DNA from: Candidatus Micrarchaeia archaeon
Lineage (GTDB): Archaea; Micrarchaeota; Micrarchaeia; CAILAH01
Assembly: GCA_038874595.1 (NCBI GenBank)
Contig: JAVZCB010000001.1
Coordinates: 128,001-192,000, forward strand
Reading direction: 5' to 3'
Length of the DNA: 64,000 nt
Positions 39,162 to 49,697 of this stretch are shown here, piece after piece; the stretch's first letter is position 1, and every line of letters begins with the position of its first letter. The notes under the pieces were generated by a model. The model was not told the DNA's origin. It saw nothing but the letters and a program-made list of their open reading frames with translations, and searched no databases. The position numbers were made by a program, and so were the translations under genes.

Positions 39162-39500
39162 ATGGTTAAATTTCATGTTCGTGGCGGTCCAAAGCTGAGA
39201 AAGGCTTATGTTAAAATTAAGAGGGCAAAGACTGCGCGGTATGCATGCCCCGCCTGCTCAAAGCAATCTGTAAAAAGGGTATCTGTTGGCATGTGGGAGT
39301 GCAGGTCTTGTGGTTCGCAGTTTGCTGGTGGTGCATATGAGTTTTCAACACCCACAGGTAGGCTCTCACAACGTCTCATATCCGATTTGCGTAAAGGTAT
39401 CCTTGGAAAGGAGGCCCTTAAGATGATAGAAGCAGAGATTGAAAAAGCAGAGGTTGAGACAAACACATTGGCGGATGTGGCGCCAGCCGATAAAGAGTAG
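39162..39500 (+). CDS. rpl37ae: 50S ribosomal protein L37ae (eL43)
   Basis: YACPAC..VKRVSVGMWECRSC..FAGGAY. Confidence 0.93.
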   Translation: MVKFHVRGGPKLRKAYVKIKRAKTARYACPACSKQSVKRVSVGMWECRSCGSQFAGGAYEFSTPTGRLSQRLISDLRKGILGKEALKMIEAEIEKAEVETNTLADVAPADKE

Positions 39501-39508
39501 GTGGTTTG

Positions 39509-39640
39509 ATGTACAAATGCGTTAACTGCAATAATTTAATAGAGAAGATGGACCCGAGTTATGTAAGGTGCCCTTTCTGTGCATCGCGCATAGTGTTCAA
39601 GGCGCGACCGCCCGTAGCAAAGGAGACAAAGACTGATTAG
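39509..39640 (+). CDS. rpoP: DNA-directed RNA polymerase subunit P (Rpo12); absent from the ORF track
   Basis: MYKCVNC...VRCPFCASRIVFKARP, 43 aa, between rpl37ae and the Brix gene. Confidence 0.93.
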   Translation: MYKCVNCNNLIEKMDPSYVRCPFCASRIVFKARPPVAKETKTD

Positions 39641-40099
39641 ATGGCCCTGGTAACCACAAGCCGTAAAGCCGGTCCTGTGACCCGGCGCCTTGCACGCGTC
39701 CTGTCTTCTGTTTTTAGGTGCATTTACATTAATCGTGGGAAGAGCAGTTTTAATGCTGTGCTCACGCATGCGGAATCGCTTGGGTGCAAGCGGGTAGTTT
39801 TCATATATGAGAAGCATGGCAACCCAAATGAGATAAGGGCAGTGCATATTGGCGGCAAAAGCACATACAAGGAGGTAGGAAGTTTCATTTTCAATCCTAT
39901 ACAGATTATACGACCGCGCCGTTTTTTCCCATACCTCTCATATGACCGTTATGCAGCTAACTTTGTGCATCTTTTTCTTGAGCGTGGCGAATTGAATAAG
40001 ATGCAGGGGAAAGATGTTGTTGAGGTAACTCTTGAAAAAGGCGTGCTGAGTATATCCGTTAATGGAATAGTGATTGTAGCATTACGAAAGGCAAATTAA
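39641..40099 (+). CDS. Brix-domain ribosome biogenesis protein
   Basis: VTTSRKAG..TRRLAR, INRGKSS, EKHGNP; conserved gene order. Confidence 0.88.
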   Translation: MALVTTSRKAGPVTRRLARVLSSVFRCIYINRGKSSFNAVLTHAESLGCKRVVFIYEKHGNPNEIRAVHIGGKSTYKEVGSFIFNPIQIIRPRRFFPYLSYDRYAANFVHLFLERGELNKMQGKDVVEVTLEKGVLSISVNGIVIVALRKAN

Positions 40100-40114
40100 T
40101 CGCAAAATCCTCAA

Positions 40115-40489
40115 TTATTTTCTAATTCTTGGGCCGAATGTGCGCATAATAGGTGTACGCACCGAACCTGGTTTTTGCAGCTTATTACTATTTTTTGTAA
40201 GCATCTCCAGGCTCATTTTAAGACCGCTGGCGTGCACCACATTATAAATCGCAATAAGCACCACACAAACAACAAAATAAATAGCCCTCAAATGCATATC
40301 TTCCTCTACAACCATAAATGCCATAACAATAAGAATCAAAAAAATGATGAGAAGATGTATCATGCTCAGAGCTCTCCTACTCTTCTCTTGACTTTTCTCT
40401 TCATTCTTTTTCTTCTTTTCTTTAGCCATTTCCAGCGCATCCTGCCTTTTTTCTTCCATTTTCTCGGTATTGCTCCCAAGCATTAACAC
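40115..40489 (-). CDS. Hypothetical membrane protein
   Basis: Two TM helices, downstream of lemA. Confidence 0.6.
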   Translation of the reverse strand: MLMLGSNTEKMEEKRQDALEMAKEKKKKNEEKSQEKSRRALSMIHLLIIFLILIVMAFMVVEEDMHLRAIYFVVCVVLIAIYNVVHASGLKMSLEMLTKNSNKLQKPGSVRTPIMRTFGPRIRK

Positions 40490-40531
40490 CTCATAAAGTA
40501 TTTCCTTAAAGAAGTGAAGATTTATATGTGC

Positions 40532-41107
40532 TTACTCAAACTTTACTTTTACTGCACTCCTTTCGCCTTCCTCTGCACGGAAGAACTCCTCTTTCTCAAA
40601 CTTGAATATCCCAGCAAAGATATTACCCGGGAACTGCATTATTGCGTTGTTATAATCGTATACGGAATCATTATAGAACTGCCTTGAGTAAGCAATCTTG
40701 CCTTCAATATCGCTCAGCTCCGCCTGCAGATGCTTAAAGTTTTCGCTTGCTTTCAGCTCAGGATATGCCTCTGCAACTGCAAACAAGCTCTTCAATGCAG
40801 CTGCCATCATATTATCAGCTTGTGCAGTCTCCTTTGGGGTTTTTGCACCAAGGATAGCTGCCCTTGCTTTTGCAACATTTTCAAACACTCCTTTCTCGTG
40901 TTTTGCGTACCCCTTCACAGTTTCCACAAGGTTAGGCACAAGGTCAGCTCTTTTCTTTAACTGGACATCAATCTGCGCCCAAGCAGTTTTTACCCTGTTT
41001 CTTTTTACTATAAACGAATTATATAGGAAGATACCTGCCGCAAGCACAACAAGCGCTCCAAGGACAAGAATTATGAGGCATCCACCTCCTAATAGTGCAA
41101 TATCCAT
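40532..41107 (-). CDS. lemA: LemA family protein
   Basis: [44 protein letters not shown]. Confidence 0.95.
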   Translation of the reverse strand: MDIALLGGGCLIILVLGALVVLAAGIFLYNSFIVKRNRVKTAWAQIDVQLKKRADLVPNLVETVKGYAKHEKGVFENVAKARAAILGAKTPKETAQADNMMAAALKSLFAVAEAYPELKASENFKHLQAELSDIEGKIAYSRQFYNDSVYDYNNAIMQFPGNIFAGIFKFEKEEFFRAEEGERSAVKVKFE

Positions 41108-41181
41108 ACATCCCGCCTCGTTATTAAGTAATACACTATTTACTTATCTAGTTTTTTAAAGGTATATCTCTAATTCCTAAT

Positions 41182-41445
41182 ATGCAGGTTGGCAAAGAGG
41201 AGCTAAACGCAATTATCGCGGAATACATCTCTTCATACGGTGGAGAAATTGAGGCGCAGGTAGACAGCATCTCAAAAAGCCGTTTTACAGTCCATTTTTC
41301 AGGCAGGATATGCCGTGCGTGTGGTGTGGAGGACTTGTTTGATGGCTTGGCTTACGCGCTCAGATTGAGCGGGTTTCACATTCGTATGGAAAATTTTAAG
41401 GAAGAAAAAGGAGGGTATTCTGTAACATACATCTTGTATGATTGA
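41182..41445 (+). CDS. Small hypothetical protein with CxxC
   Basis: VHFSGRICRACGVEDLF. Confidence 0.6.
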   Translation: MQVGKEELNAIIAEYISSYGGEIEAQVDSISKSRFTVHFSGRICRACGVEDLFDGLAYALRLSGFHIRMENFKEEKGGYSVTYILYD

Positions 41446-41489
41446 TTAGCAAAATGTAAAGTGCATCTTTTATGGTTAGCAAGTATCCA

Positions 41490-42914
41490 TTACTCGTAAA
41501 GTGCCTGCATCTTCCATCTGCCTTTTTTGATTGCAATCTCCGAAAGCTTTGCAGAATTTTTCTCGGCTTCTTGAATTTCTTTTAAAACGCGGCGCGGGCT
41601 CACATACCCCCACGTTTTAAGTGCTTGTGCAAGCTCTGGATGTGTTTTTGCATATTCTGGTGCAGGTATCCCTTTCATTACGGCATCTACTGCTTGCCTC
41701 ATTGACATTGCACCTTTTCTGGTGCCCCCAGGGTGCCCGTGTACACCAGCACCTGCCTGCAGATTTGTATCTTTCCCATGGAGCGCCACCACAGCATCAA
41801 CCATAGCAGCATTCAAGCCCCCAGATGCGATGCTTAGCATTGGGTTAATACGAGGGACGAATTCCATCGCAAGCGAACCTAAATACATCTTCTCCTCAAT
41901 TCTAAACTGGTCGGCAATTTCGTGCAACCGCTTTATCATAAGGGGTGAGCCCTCCATTTTACCGACACCCGTTCCTATGTGCAGCTGGTCAATTCCAAGC
42001 AGCCTGTAAAACTTTTCATACACCTGGAAATTAATACCGTAATTGCCTCTGTTTGCAGCAGCGTATCCAGCACGGTGCCCGTGTGTTGCAAACCCATATT
42101 TCTTTGTTAGTTCAAGAATATCCTGCAGTGCACTCATTCCCATAACATATACATCCAGCATTACAAGCACGTTTCTCTGCAAGCCCATATCCTTAAGATA
42201 GTCAATACGCTCAACCATTCGCGAGTACCTGTCAGTGACATTACAGGAGTACAAATGGTTCTGGTTCGTCTCATTGCCAGCCTTCTCAATTGATCTAACA
42301 GTCTCGTGCAGCCTGTCTTTCCACTTGCAGAAATCCTGGTCTACAAGGTTCTCATCATCTTTTACTAAGTCTATCCCGCCAGCATATGCTTCGTATGCAA
42401 CACGTGCCCATTCTTTTGCAGTTAATCCCACCTTCGGCTTCACAATGGTTCCTATATGAGGTCTTCTGCTTTTTAATGTCCCAGCAAGCTTTCTTATGCC
42501 ATCCAGGCCGTGGATAGGCCCTGTAAATTGCCTTTGGAACTCTATGGGAAAGGATACATCAAATATGTACAACTCCTCAAGCTCTTTAAGGCCAAAAATG
42601 TTACCAAAAACAGATGCCATAAACTGCATTATGTTCTTTTTATCAAAATGCTCAAGTGGGTATGCAATTTTAATAAATCCGCTCTTTTTGTCAACCTTAC
42701 CAATCCAAAATACACGTGCACGGTAGTGCTTCCACACGAAATCATTCATTGTCTTAAGCTTGGTCCAGGAACCCACACTGCTTTCTGCCGCGATTGCCTC
42801 GGCAATTTTTTCAATGCTTACCTTGCCCTTTGCCCACATCAGAACAATGAAATCATTATCTTTGTCAGGGACATACTTGTAATCTATATAATCATACCCC
42901 CCATATGCCATCAC
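41490..42914 (-). CDS. rbcL: RuBisCO large subunit, archaeal form III/III-like
   Basis: AAESSVGSW, GN, KPKVG, KDDEN, HGHRA, LHIGT..GKMEG, SGG, GHPGG. Confidence 0.92.
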   Translation of the reverse strand: MMAYGGYDYIDYKYVPDKDNDFIVLMWAKGKVSIEKIAEAIAAESSVGSWTKLKTMNDFVWKHYRARVFWIGKVDKKSGFIKIAYPLEHFDKKNIMQFMASVFGNIFGLKELEELYIFDVSFPIEFQRQFTGPIHGLDGIRKLAGTLKSRRPHIGTIVKPKVGLTAKEWARVAYEAYAGGIDLVKDDENLVDQDFCKWKDRLHETVRSIEKAGNETNQNHLYSCNVTDRYSRMVERIDYLKDMGLQRNVLVMLDVYVMGMSALQDILELTKKYGFATHGHRAGYAAANRGNYGINFQVYEKFYRLLGIDQLHIGTGVGKMEGSPLMIKRLHEIADQFRIEEKMYLGSLAMEFVPRINPMLSIASGGLNAAMVDAVVALHGKDTNLQAGAGVHGHPGGTRKGAMSMRQAVDAVMKGIPAPEYAKTHPELAQALKTWGYVSPRRVLKEIQEAEKNSAKLSEIAIKKGRWKMQALYE

Positions 42915-42977
42915 AACACCCTGCTTCTAATCGATAAGAAAGCATAAATATGTATTGCCTTATAGCCCATTACCAGC

Positions 42978-43136
42978 TTAGCCAAATCCAAGGCCTTTTC
43001 CATATTTGCCTTTCAGGCAATTTATGCATACCCCTCCCTGTTGGTGGTGCATACACACGATTGCACCACACAGCCGGCACGTTATACACTTTGCGCACGG
43101 CTTCCCGCAAATTGCACATATCCCATTAACTTCCAT
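42978..43136 (-). CDS. Small Cys-rich zinc-finger protein (52 aa; absent from the ORF track)
   Basis: MEVNGICAICGKPCAKCITCRLCGAIVCMHHQQGGVCINCLKGK. Confidence 0.75.
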   Translation of the reverse strand: MEVNGICAICGKPCAKCITCRLCGAIVCMHHQQGGVCINCLKGKYGKGLGFG

Positions 43137-43145
43137 ATAATCACT

Positions 43146-44228
43146 TTATTCTTTTGTGAACAGCAGCCGCCACTTCTTAGTCAGGACATACTTGTGCGGC
43201 CTGTCCAGCGTCTTTGTGCACACCGGGTTGCGTAATCCTTTCCTGAACATCATATCAACATCTGTTTGGAGCATAAGCCTGCCAAGCTCCTTGGTAAGGC
43301 TGCCATATGAGATGCCAAGCTCTTTCTCAAGCTCCTGTGCAGTTTTAGGCTTTAGCAATGCCTTTATTATCATCTGCTGGTTGTCAGATAAGTTTCTGTA
43401 TACCCAATCAATATCCTCGTCACCGTGCTCTGCAACAGGTTTCCCCGTGAGCAGGATCTCAAGGTCTGCTTTACCAAGCTCACGGTCGTACTTTTCATCA
43501 ACATAATACATGGCAGCATTTTGGCAGTTGATGAGGACTTCGCGCGGTATGTTCCCGGAAATTTTTGCAATATAGTCAAGTGCCTCATCTGCAAATGGAT
43601 ATGTGCCACTTCCACCCACTGATTCGATTCGCTCACGCACCATATTTTTAAGGTCTTCCCTTAACGGGAGCGGGAATGGTATCTCACGCGAAACCCGGCC
43701 TTCCCTGAAAGAGCCCTTATAAATTTCATATGCTGAGAGTGGCTCAATACTGGTTGACACAATCGAAGAATGCGTCCTATCTTTTATTGTTGCAAGCAGG
43801 CTAGCCACATCTTCGCTTTTAAGCAGTCCCGCTTCATCTATCAGAAGAACAAGCGTTTTTTTGCCTATGATGGAGTTGATTTTATCGGTTATCCCTTTAT
43901 TGCTTCCAACAAGCAGCTCTGAAATCCTCCAAAAGAAACCGCCTTCAGCTGCAAGCCTTTGTTTCAGGACCGTGAGAAACTCATCTTTACTTGTGATTTC
44001 CCTAAAGTCAAAAAACACAGTTGCATATTTGCTTTTAGAGAGTGTGGCATCCAGGTAGTAAAGCAGGGAAGTTTTTCCAATGCCAGCTATGCCATACGTG
44101 CTAACAACCGCGTTGGATTCAACATGTTTGCTCACTTCAGCTGCAAGCCGCTCAAAAACAAAAAAATCTGCACTAGGCCGGTAATCGAACGGATTCGCCC
44201 TCCAGCCTAGTGTGTGGTACCATGGCAT
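43146..44228 (-). CDS. AAA+ ATPase (ExeA/Cdc6-like) with C-terminal wHTH
   Basis: W..LGWRANPF, Walker A GIAGIGKT, Walker B LLIDEA, SGNIPRE, TAQELEKELGIS. Confidence 0.8.
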   Translation of the reverse strand: MPWYHTLGWRANPFDYRPSADFFVFERLAAEVSKHVESNAVVSTYGIAGIGKTSLLYYLDATLSKSKYATVFFDFREITSKDEFLTVLKQRLAAEGGFFWRISELLVGSNKGITDKINSIIGKKTLVLLIDEAGLLKSEDVASLLATIKDRTHSSIVSTSIEPLSAYEIYKGSFREGRVSREIPFPLPLREDLKNMVRERIESVGGSGTYPFADEALDYIAKISGNIPREVLINCQNAAMYYVDEKYDRELGKADLEILLTGKPVAEHGDEDIDWVYRNLSDNQQMIIKALLKPKTAQELEKELGISYGSLTKELGRLMLQTDVDMMFRKGLRNPVCTKTLDRPHKYVLTKKWRLLFTKE

Positions 44229-44249
44229 ATAAATTAACCTGCTAAGGCA

Positions 44250-44399
44250 TCAGAACATCGAAGGTAACGTTGCCAACCCCCGCTTGACAACGTGTTTTCT
44301 AACGTTTATTATTACATCGTTGCCCCTTCCTTTCATTACGACCTCGACATTTTCAGGAACCTTCTTGAGAAGGTCTACATACCTCATGTTTATGCCCAT
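44250..44399 (-). CDS. Small hypothetical protein (49 aa; absent from the ORF track)
   Basis: MGINMRYVDLLKKVPENVEVVMKGRGNDVIINVRK; GAGGTG Shine-Dalgarno just upstream. Confidence 0.5.
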   Translation of the reverse strand: MGINMRYVDLLKKVPENVEVVMKGRGNDVIINVRKHVVKRGLATLPSMF

Positions 44400-44615
44400 A
44401 GGAGCACCTCTTGTTCGGCAAATATATGTGCGCCATTATTTATAAACTTATGCCTGATTTGCCGAACTCAATTGTCGTAATACATCTGAGCCAATAACCC
44501 TTTACCTTATAGGAACAAACGGAAACCTACCACCAAAACGGCAATATTTATTTGAAAACCAATTACTATTGAATTGGAGCATTGCCTGCGGTAGCGGGTA
44601 ACAGGAGTGGTGGCT

Positions 44616-44885
44616 ATGATAGAGGATGAGCTTATCCATTGGTGGAAAGATGATGCAGGGGAGCAGCACAGGACAATATTGCGCCTTGAGAGTGAGGAGC
44701 CACAAATCGCCAGTAATTTTCCACGTGATGGGAAAGTTGTTGTGCGCCTGATAAATACGGTGAGCTCACAGGCGATTAAGCTCAGCCCGGAAGAAGCGCT
44801 TAGGGTTAGCACACAGATGATGAGTATTGCAAAGGAGCTATTGAATCAAAAAAGGGACCTTTGGAAACGCATTGATGATGCATAA
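44616..44885 (+). CDS. Hypothetical protein
   Basis: GGAG-type RBS; protein-like composition (IKLSPEEALRVS). Confidence 0.7.
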   Translation: MIEDELIHWWKDDAGEQHRTILRLESEEPQIASNFPRDGKVVVRLINTVSSQAIKLSPEEALRVSTQMMSIAKELLNQKRDLWKRIDDA

Positions 44886-44957
44886 GGGAACTCAAGTGCA
44901 TTTTAGAGATAGCAAAACACTCCCTGCTTTTAATTATTCTTTGCTAAAAATATAAAC

Positions 44958-47564
44958 ATGCATTTAGATAAGATGCAGAGCGGGCTTACAACAGCTCAAG
45001 CGAAAGAGCTACTTAGCAAATACGGCCCGAATGAGCTTGTAAAGCCTGAAGAAAACAAAGACCTTAAGATTCTACTCAGGCAGATAACCCAGAACCCAAT
45101 CATATACATTCTCTGCGCGGCTGCAGTCATATCTTATTTTTCTGAGGAGTTCATAAACACTTATATAATTCTCTTTGTTATTGCGTATGTAATCATCCTT
45201 GGGTTTTATCAGGAACGGAAAGCTGATAAGGCGATGGCTGCCCTTAAGGCAATGATAAAACCTGAAACGAGGGTATTGCGTGATGGGAAAGTAACCACTG
45301 TAGAAGTGAGGGAAATTGTGCCTGGTGATGTTCTTGTTTTGGAAATGGGCGATAACATTGGGGCAGATGCGCGCGTATTCAATTCCCTTGGGTTGAGGGT
45401 AGATGAGGCTGCGCTTACTGGTGAATCCGTACCAGTAAACAAATCTGATGGTGATATGATTTATGCAGGCACACAGGTTGTTTATGGCAAATGCTATGCA
45501 GTTGTTGAGAGGACAGGTATGGCCACCCGTCTTGGTGAGATTGCCAAATTAATAGAGGCACACGAAGAAGAGACACCGCTTCAAGCTAAGATTAACGTGC
45601 TCGTAAGGAAGTTTGCGCTGTTTACGCTTGCACTAATGGCCCTAATGTTTATCATCGGGCTTTTAACCCCAGGTACAAGCATTTCACATTTGCTTGTGCT
45701 TACGCTTGCGCTTGCGGTTGCCTCTGTCCCTGAAGGGCTTCCCCTGGTGCTTACAACTACATTGGCTCTTGGTATGAACTGGCTTGCAAAAAGAAACGCT
45801 ATTGTGAGGCGGCTTTCAGCCGTTGAGACACTCGGTTCCGTTACGGTGATATGCACAGATAAGACAGGGACAATGACAAAGAATGAGATGGTTGTGGAGA
45901 AGGTGTTTTTTGACGGCAAGCTGTATGATGTCAGCGGGTCCGGTTATGAGCCGGTTGGAAAAATTATGCTTAACGGAAAAAAAGTGACAAATAGCGCACT
46001 TAACCCCCTCAAGCCAATGATGCGTGCCGCAGTGCTCTGCAATAACAGCAATATAGAGAAAAAGGATGGCAAGTGGCGCGTTGTTGGTGACCCTACTGAA
46101 GGTGCGCTGATTTCACTTGCTGCCAAGTGCGGAATTTTCAAGGCCGAGCTTGATAAAAAGTACCCAAAAATCAAGGAGAATTTCTTCACTTCTGAGCGTA
46201 AGATGATGAGCACAATGCATAAAGTGGATGGCAAAACTGTTGCTTATGTCAAAGGCGCACCAGAGGTGCTGTTATCAAAGAGTACACACATTGTGCGCAA
46301 CGGTAAGGTCAGAAAGATCACAAGCACAGATATGTATGAGATAAGGAAAACGCTTGATGAATTTGGCAAAAGCTCACTGCGTGTCCTTGGGCTTGCATAC
46401 AAGGAAGTTAAGAGGGCAGAGCATTCCTGTGATATTGAGACCAATCTCATATTCTACGGGCTTGTTGGAATGGCTGACCCGCTCAGGGAAGGCGTTGTTG
46501 AATCGGTTGCTGCGTGCAAGGAGGGGGGAATACGTGTGATGATGATTACAGGTGATAACCCTGAAACTGCCCGCACAGTCGCTATAAAGGCAGGGATTAT
46601 TACACCTGAGTCCAGGGTTGTCACTGGCGCTGAGCTGGACAAGATGAGCGATGATGAGCTTGTGCAGGTCGTTCGCGAGGTTAATGTATATGCCAGAACA
46701 TATCCAGAACACAAGCTGAAAATAGTTGAAGTGCTGCGTGCCGATAATAATATAGTTGCGATGACAGGAGATGGTGTTAACGATGCACCTGCGCTTAAGA
46801 AGGCAGATATAGGGGTAGCGATGGGGATAAAGGGCACGGATGTGTCAAAAGAGGCAAGTGATGTTGTGCTTACTGATGATAATTTTGTTACACTTGTTGA
46901 GGCTATAAGGGGCGGGCGCAGCATATTTGAAAATGTGCAGAAAACAACTGCCTTTATTGTTTCCAGGAATTACGCAATGGTTTTCCTTCTGCTTATAGCA
47001 ACAGTCCTGGTAGGTGTTGAGTATTCTCCACTTCTGGCGCTTCAGATTTTATTCATAAACCTGATCGATGAGGAGATTCCTGCGGTTGTGCTCTCGCTTG
47101 ACCCGCCAAGAAAAGGAATAATGCAAGCAAAGCCAAGAAACCCTAAGGAAGGGCTATTGCCACCTCGCCTGCTCGTGCTCATGTTTAGCCTTGCAATATT
47201 CACGGCATTCATAATATATGCGGTGTTTGCCTACTATGACCCGATAAACAACCTAGATATTGCGCGCACAACAGCGTTTGGGGCAGTTGTCCTTACTGTT
47301 ATATTCAATGCGGCTAGTTTCAAATCACTTCACGAGCCACTTTCGATAGGAGATATCTTATCAAGCAAACTTCTACTTCTATCACTTGTGTTTTCACTGC
47401 TTGCAGCTGGGCTGATAGTATACACCCCAACTTTGCAAGGCCTTTTTAGTACGGTTGCATTGCCACTTGAAAACCTTGCGGTAATTCTCTTTGTAGGCAT
47501 TGCAACAATGGTGTTTATGGAATGCGGGAAATTCATACTAAAAACAGGCACGCAATTAAATTAG
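44958..47564 (+). CDS. Cation (Ca2+-type, P2A) transporting P-type ATPase
   Basis: LTGES, VPEGL, DKTGT, KGAPE, MITGD, TGDGVNDAPALK. Confidence 0.95.
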   Translation: MHLDKMQSGLTTAQAKELLSKYGPNELVKPEENKDLKILLRQITQNPIIYILCAAAVISYFSEEFINTYIILFVIAYVIILGFYQERKADKAMAALKAMIKPETRVLRDGKVTTVEVREIVPGDVLVLEMGDNIGADARVFNSLGLRVDEAALTGESVPVNKSDGDMIYAGTQVVYGKCYAVVERTGMATRLGEIAKLIEAHEEETPLQAKINVLVRKFALFTLALMALMFIIGLLTPGTSISHLLVLTLALAVASVPEGLPLVLTTTLALGMNWLAKRNAIVRRLSAVETLGSVTVICTDKTGTMTKNEMVVEKVFFDGKLYDVSGSGYEPVGKIMLNGKKVTNSALNPLKPMMRAAVLCNNSNIEKKDGKWRVVGDPTEGALISLAAKCGIFKAELDKKYPKIKENFFTSERKMMSTMHKVDGKTVAYVKGAPEVLLSKSTHIVRNGKVRKITSTDMYEIRKTLDEFGKSSLRVLGLAYKEVKRAEHSCDIETNLIFYGLVGMADPLREGVVESVAACKEGGIRVMMITGDNPETARTVAIKAGIITPESRVVTGAELDKMSDDELVQVVREVNVYARTYPEHKLKIVEVLRADNNIVAMTGDGVNDAPALKKADIGVAMGIKGTDVSKEASDVVLTDDNFVTLVEAIRGGRSIFENVQKTTAFIVSRNYAMVFLLLIATVLVGVEYSPLLALQILFINLIDEEIPAVVLSLDPPRKGIMQAKPRNPKEGLLPPRLLVLMFSLAIFTAFIIYAVFAYYDPINNLDIARTTAFGAVVLTVIFNAASFKSLHEPLSIGDILSSKLLLLSLVFSLLAAGLIVYTPTLQGLFSTVALPLENLAVILFVGIATMVFMECGKFILKTGTQLN

Positions 47565-47618
47565 CTTAGTGCTTTTTTTACTTTTGAGAAGCCCTTATCA
47601 ATCTGAAGACCAAATCAG

Positions 47619-49190
47619 TTAGTGTTTTTTTATTAAGCCCGCTAGTCTTTTTAGCATCCAAATAATCCATAACCTAGCAGCACTCGTTTTCTGTTTCTGT
47701 CTTTTTCTGGCTGCCTTATCAAATGCAAATATAACCTCCGCCAAATTACGTCTATTTTTTTGTGGGTAGGCTGCCCTCAAATTACACTTGTTTTGAGAAT
47801 TATGTGTGTTTCCTGCGTCATAACCACCCTTTTCTTTGTGCAGCCTACGGCTTGTCGAACTCTTACAGCCCAGTTCGGCAATTATTCTTTTTATGAGGTA
47901 TAGCTGCGTTTTAGTTGCATCTGCACGGCCATGGCACATTAATTTACTTTTATTACTCCCGTGTTTGCCCGAAACAGCGTGCAACGATTCAGTTGTTAAC
48001 CTCATCAAAACTCTTTCAAGAGGTTTTGGTAATGGGCGCGCACGCGCCTTTACTGCTGGGCTATTAATCTCTCTTTTTAGGATGATTGGCCCTTTTGTCG
48101 AACTATAAGATTGTTGTTCGGCAGGATATATTTCTCTTTGTTTTGCAAGCAAAGGTTTATTATGTGCTACAAACGAACGCTTACCAAGTATAGAAATGCG
48201 ATTGCTTATATCCAGAGCATATGTATTATTGGTCGTATCTCTTTTAGATTTTATAACGCGGATCGTGTTACAAGCAGTATCCTTATGTTCTACATTTGGG
48301 TGCTGCTGAGCTTCAACATAATTATTCATTAATGCAAAATCGCGGATTTTCTCGCTTGAGCTTGCATTATGCTCTTGCGGCCGTGCCTTATTCTCAATCA
48401 AGCAAATCTGCGTTGTACTACCATCAACTTTAGGAGTTTGATTGCCCAAAGCCCTGATAACCAATAAGCCTTTTTGTGAAGTATTTTCAAGTGTGCCTGT
48501 TATGATTTCATTTCCACACATACTTTCCAGTTTGTTATTGGGCTTTGGTATCCTACAAGTAGTATCTTCCTTCAACAATCTTGGCAAGCCAGCGGTCCCA
48601 CAGCATAAGCCAGCAAACACAAGGCCGCTACCTATACTGGCAGTACCATCAACTGGAAAATGCATTATCTCATGCGATGAAAATGTAATATTTAAGCAAT
48701 CTCTCATAGACTTATCAAAAGGTGAGGTGCACGATGCACACAGCTGGTTGTCCTCAGTTTTCTTTGGTTTAAGCAGGTTTCCCAGGAGTAGCTTGACTTT
48801 GAGCATGAGCGGTACTCTTATATCATCAAGAAAAGGGTCATACTGCATTCTCAGCTCAAATTCGCTTGTCACCGCAATGTTTTGAAACCCAAGAAAGAAA
48901 GGGCTTGAGCTTGCAGCAACGTACGGAAGCATATTGTTTATGTATCCCTGAATGCCCCCGTTTGTATCCTCACGTATTCTGATACGTTTACCTGATATGC
49001 TAGTTATCCACGTGCCAAACTCATTGCTTTTCAGAGTGACATCAAAATTCCTTGATATGAGGTCCAGGAGGTTTTCCCCGTACTTTGCATATAACGTATA
49101 ATGCTCCGTAAATCCCAGTTTATCCCTGAGTAGCAGCTTTATTGGAATCCTTCTGCCCGTTTGTGGCTGTGATGCTAGTGAACTCTTCAT
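47619..49190 (-). CDS. Hypothetical protein; N-terminal DUF4430/beta-grasp-like domain plus long low-complexity tail
   Basis: GENLLDLI..EFGTWITSISG..YINN pattern; rest is polar/basic. Confidence 0.5.
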   Translation of the reverse strand: MKSSLASQPQTGRRIPIKLLLRDKLGFTEHYTLYAKYGENLLDLISRNFDVTLKSNEFGTWITSISGKRIRIREDTNGGIQGYINNMLPYVAASSSPFFLGFQNIAVTSEFELRMQYDPFLDDIRVPLMLKVKLLLGNLLKPKKTEDNQLCASCTSPFDKSMRDCLNITFSSHEIMHFPVDGTASIGSGLVFAGLCCGTAGLPRLLKEDTTCRIPKPNNKLESMCGNEIITGTLENTSQKGLLVIRALGNQTPKVDGSTTQICLIENKARPQEHNASSSEKIRDFALMNNYVEAQQHPNVEHKDTACNTIRVIKSKRDTTNNTYALDISNRISILGKRSFVAHNKPLLAKQREIYPAEQQSYSSTKGPIILKREINSPAVKARARPLPKPLERVLMRLTTESLHAVSGKHGSNKSKLMCHGRADATKTQLYLIKRIIAELGCKSSTSRRLHKEKGGYDAGNTHNSQNKCNLRAAYPQKNRRNLAEVIFAFDKAARKRQKQKTSAARLWIIWMLKRLAGLIKKH

Positions 49191-49244
49191 TTGCCCTATT
49201 CAGCAATTAAATTGTTATAAGCTTGCTTATAGTTATAATCAAGT

Positions 49245-49682
49245 ATGGATGAAGAGCGGTCCGCGGGAGCTGTTATTTTTTACAGGAATCCCCGGGATGG
49301 TAATATAGAATACCTGCTGCTTCATTATGAGGAGGGGCACTGGGATTTTCCAAAAGGGCATATAGAAAAAGGTGAAAAGCCGCTTGATACAATGTTCCGT
49401 GAGGTCAAAGAAGAGACCGGCCTTGATGTTGAGCCAGTGTTTGGGTTTGTGGAAAAGATAGATTATGTTTTCAGGGCGCGCTATGATAATGGTAACTTGA
49501 AACACAAAGTTGTCGAGTATTTTCTTGCCTCAGCACCAAAAAAGAAAGTTTCCCTGTCCAACGAGCATATTGATTATAAATGGTTACCTTATGAACTGGC
49601 ACTTAAACAACTTACACACGATAACTCGCGCAAGGTGCTTAGGGCCGCTGATACATTTTTAAGGTCTATTTACAACAAATAA
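49245..49682 (+). CDS. Nudix hydrolase (Ap4A hydrolase-like)
   Basis: SAGAV, HWDFPKGHIEKGE..REVKEETG, LSNEH. Confidence 0.92.
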   Translation: MDEERSAGAVIFYRNPRDGNIEYLLLHYEEGHWDFPKGHIEKGEKPLDTMFREVKEETGLDVEPVFGFVEKIDYVFRARYDNGNLKHKVVEYFLASAPKKKVSLSNEHIDYKWLPYELALKQLTHDNSRKVLRAADTFLRSIYNK

Positions 49683-49697
49683 GCACGGTGTTTTATT

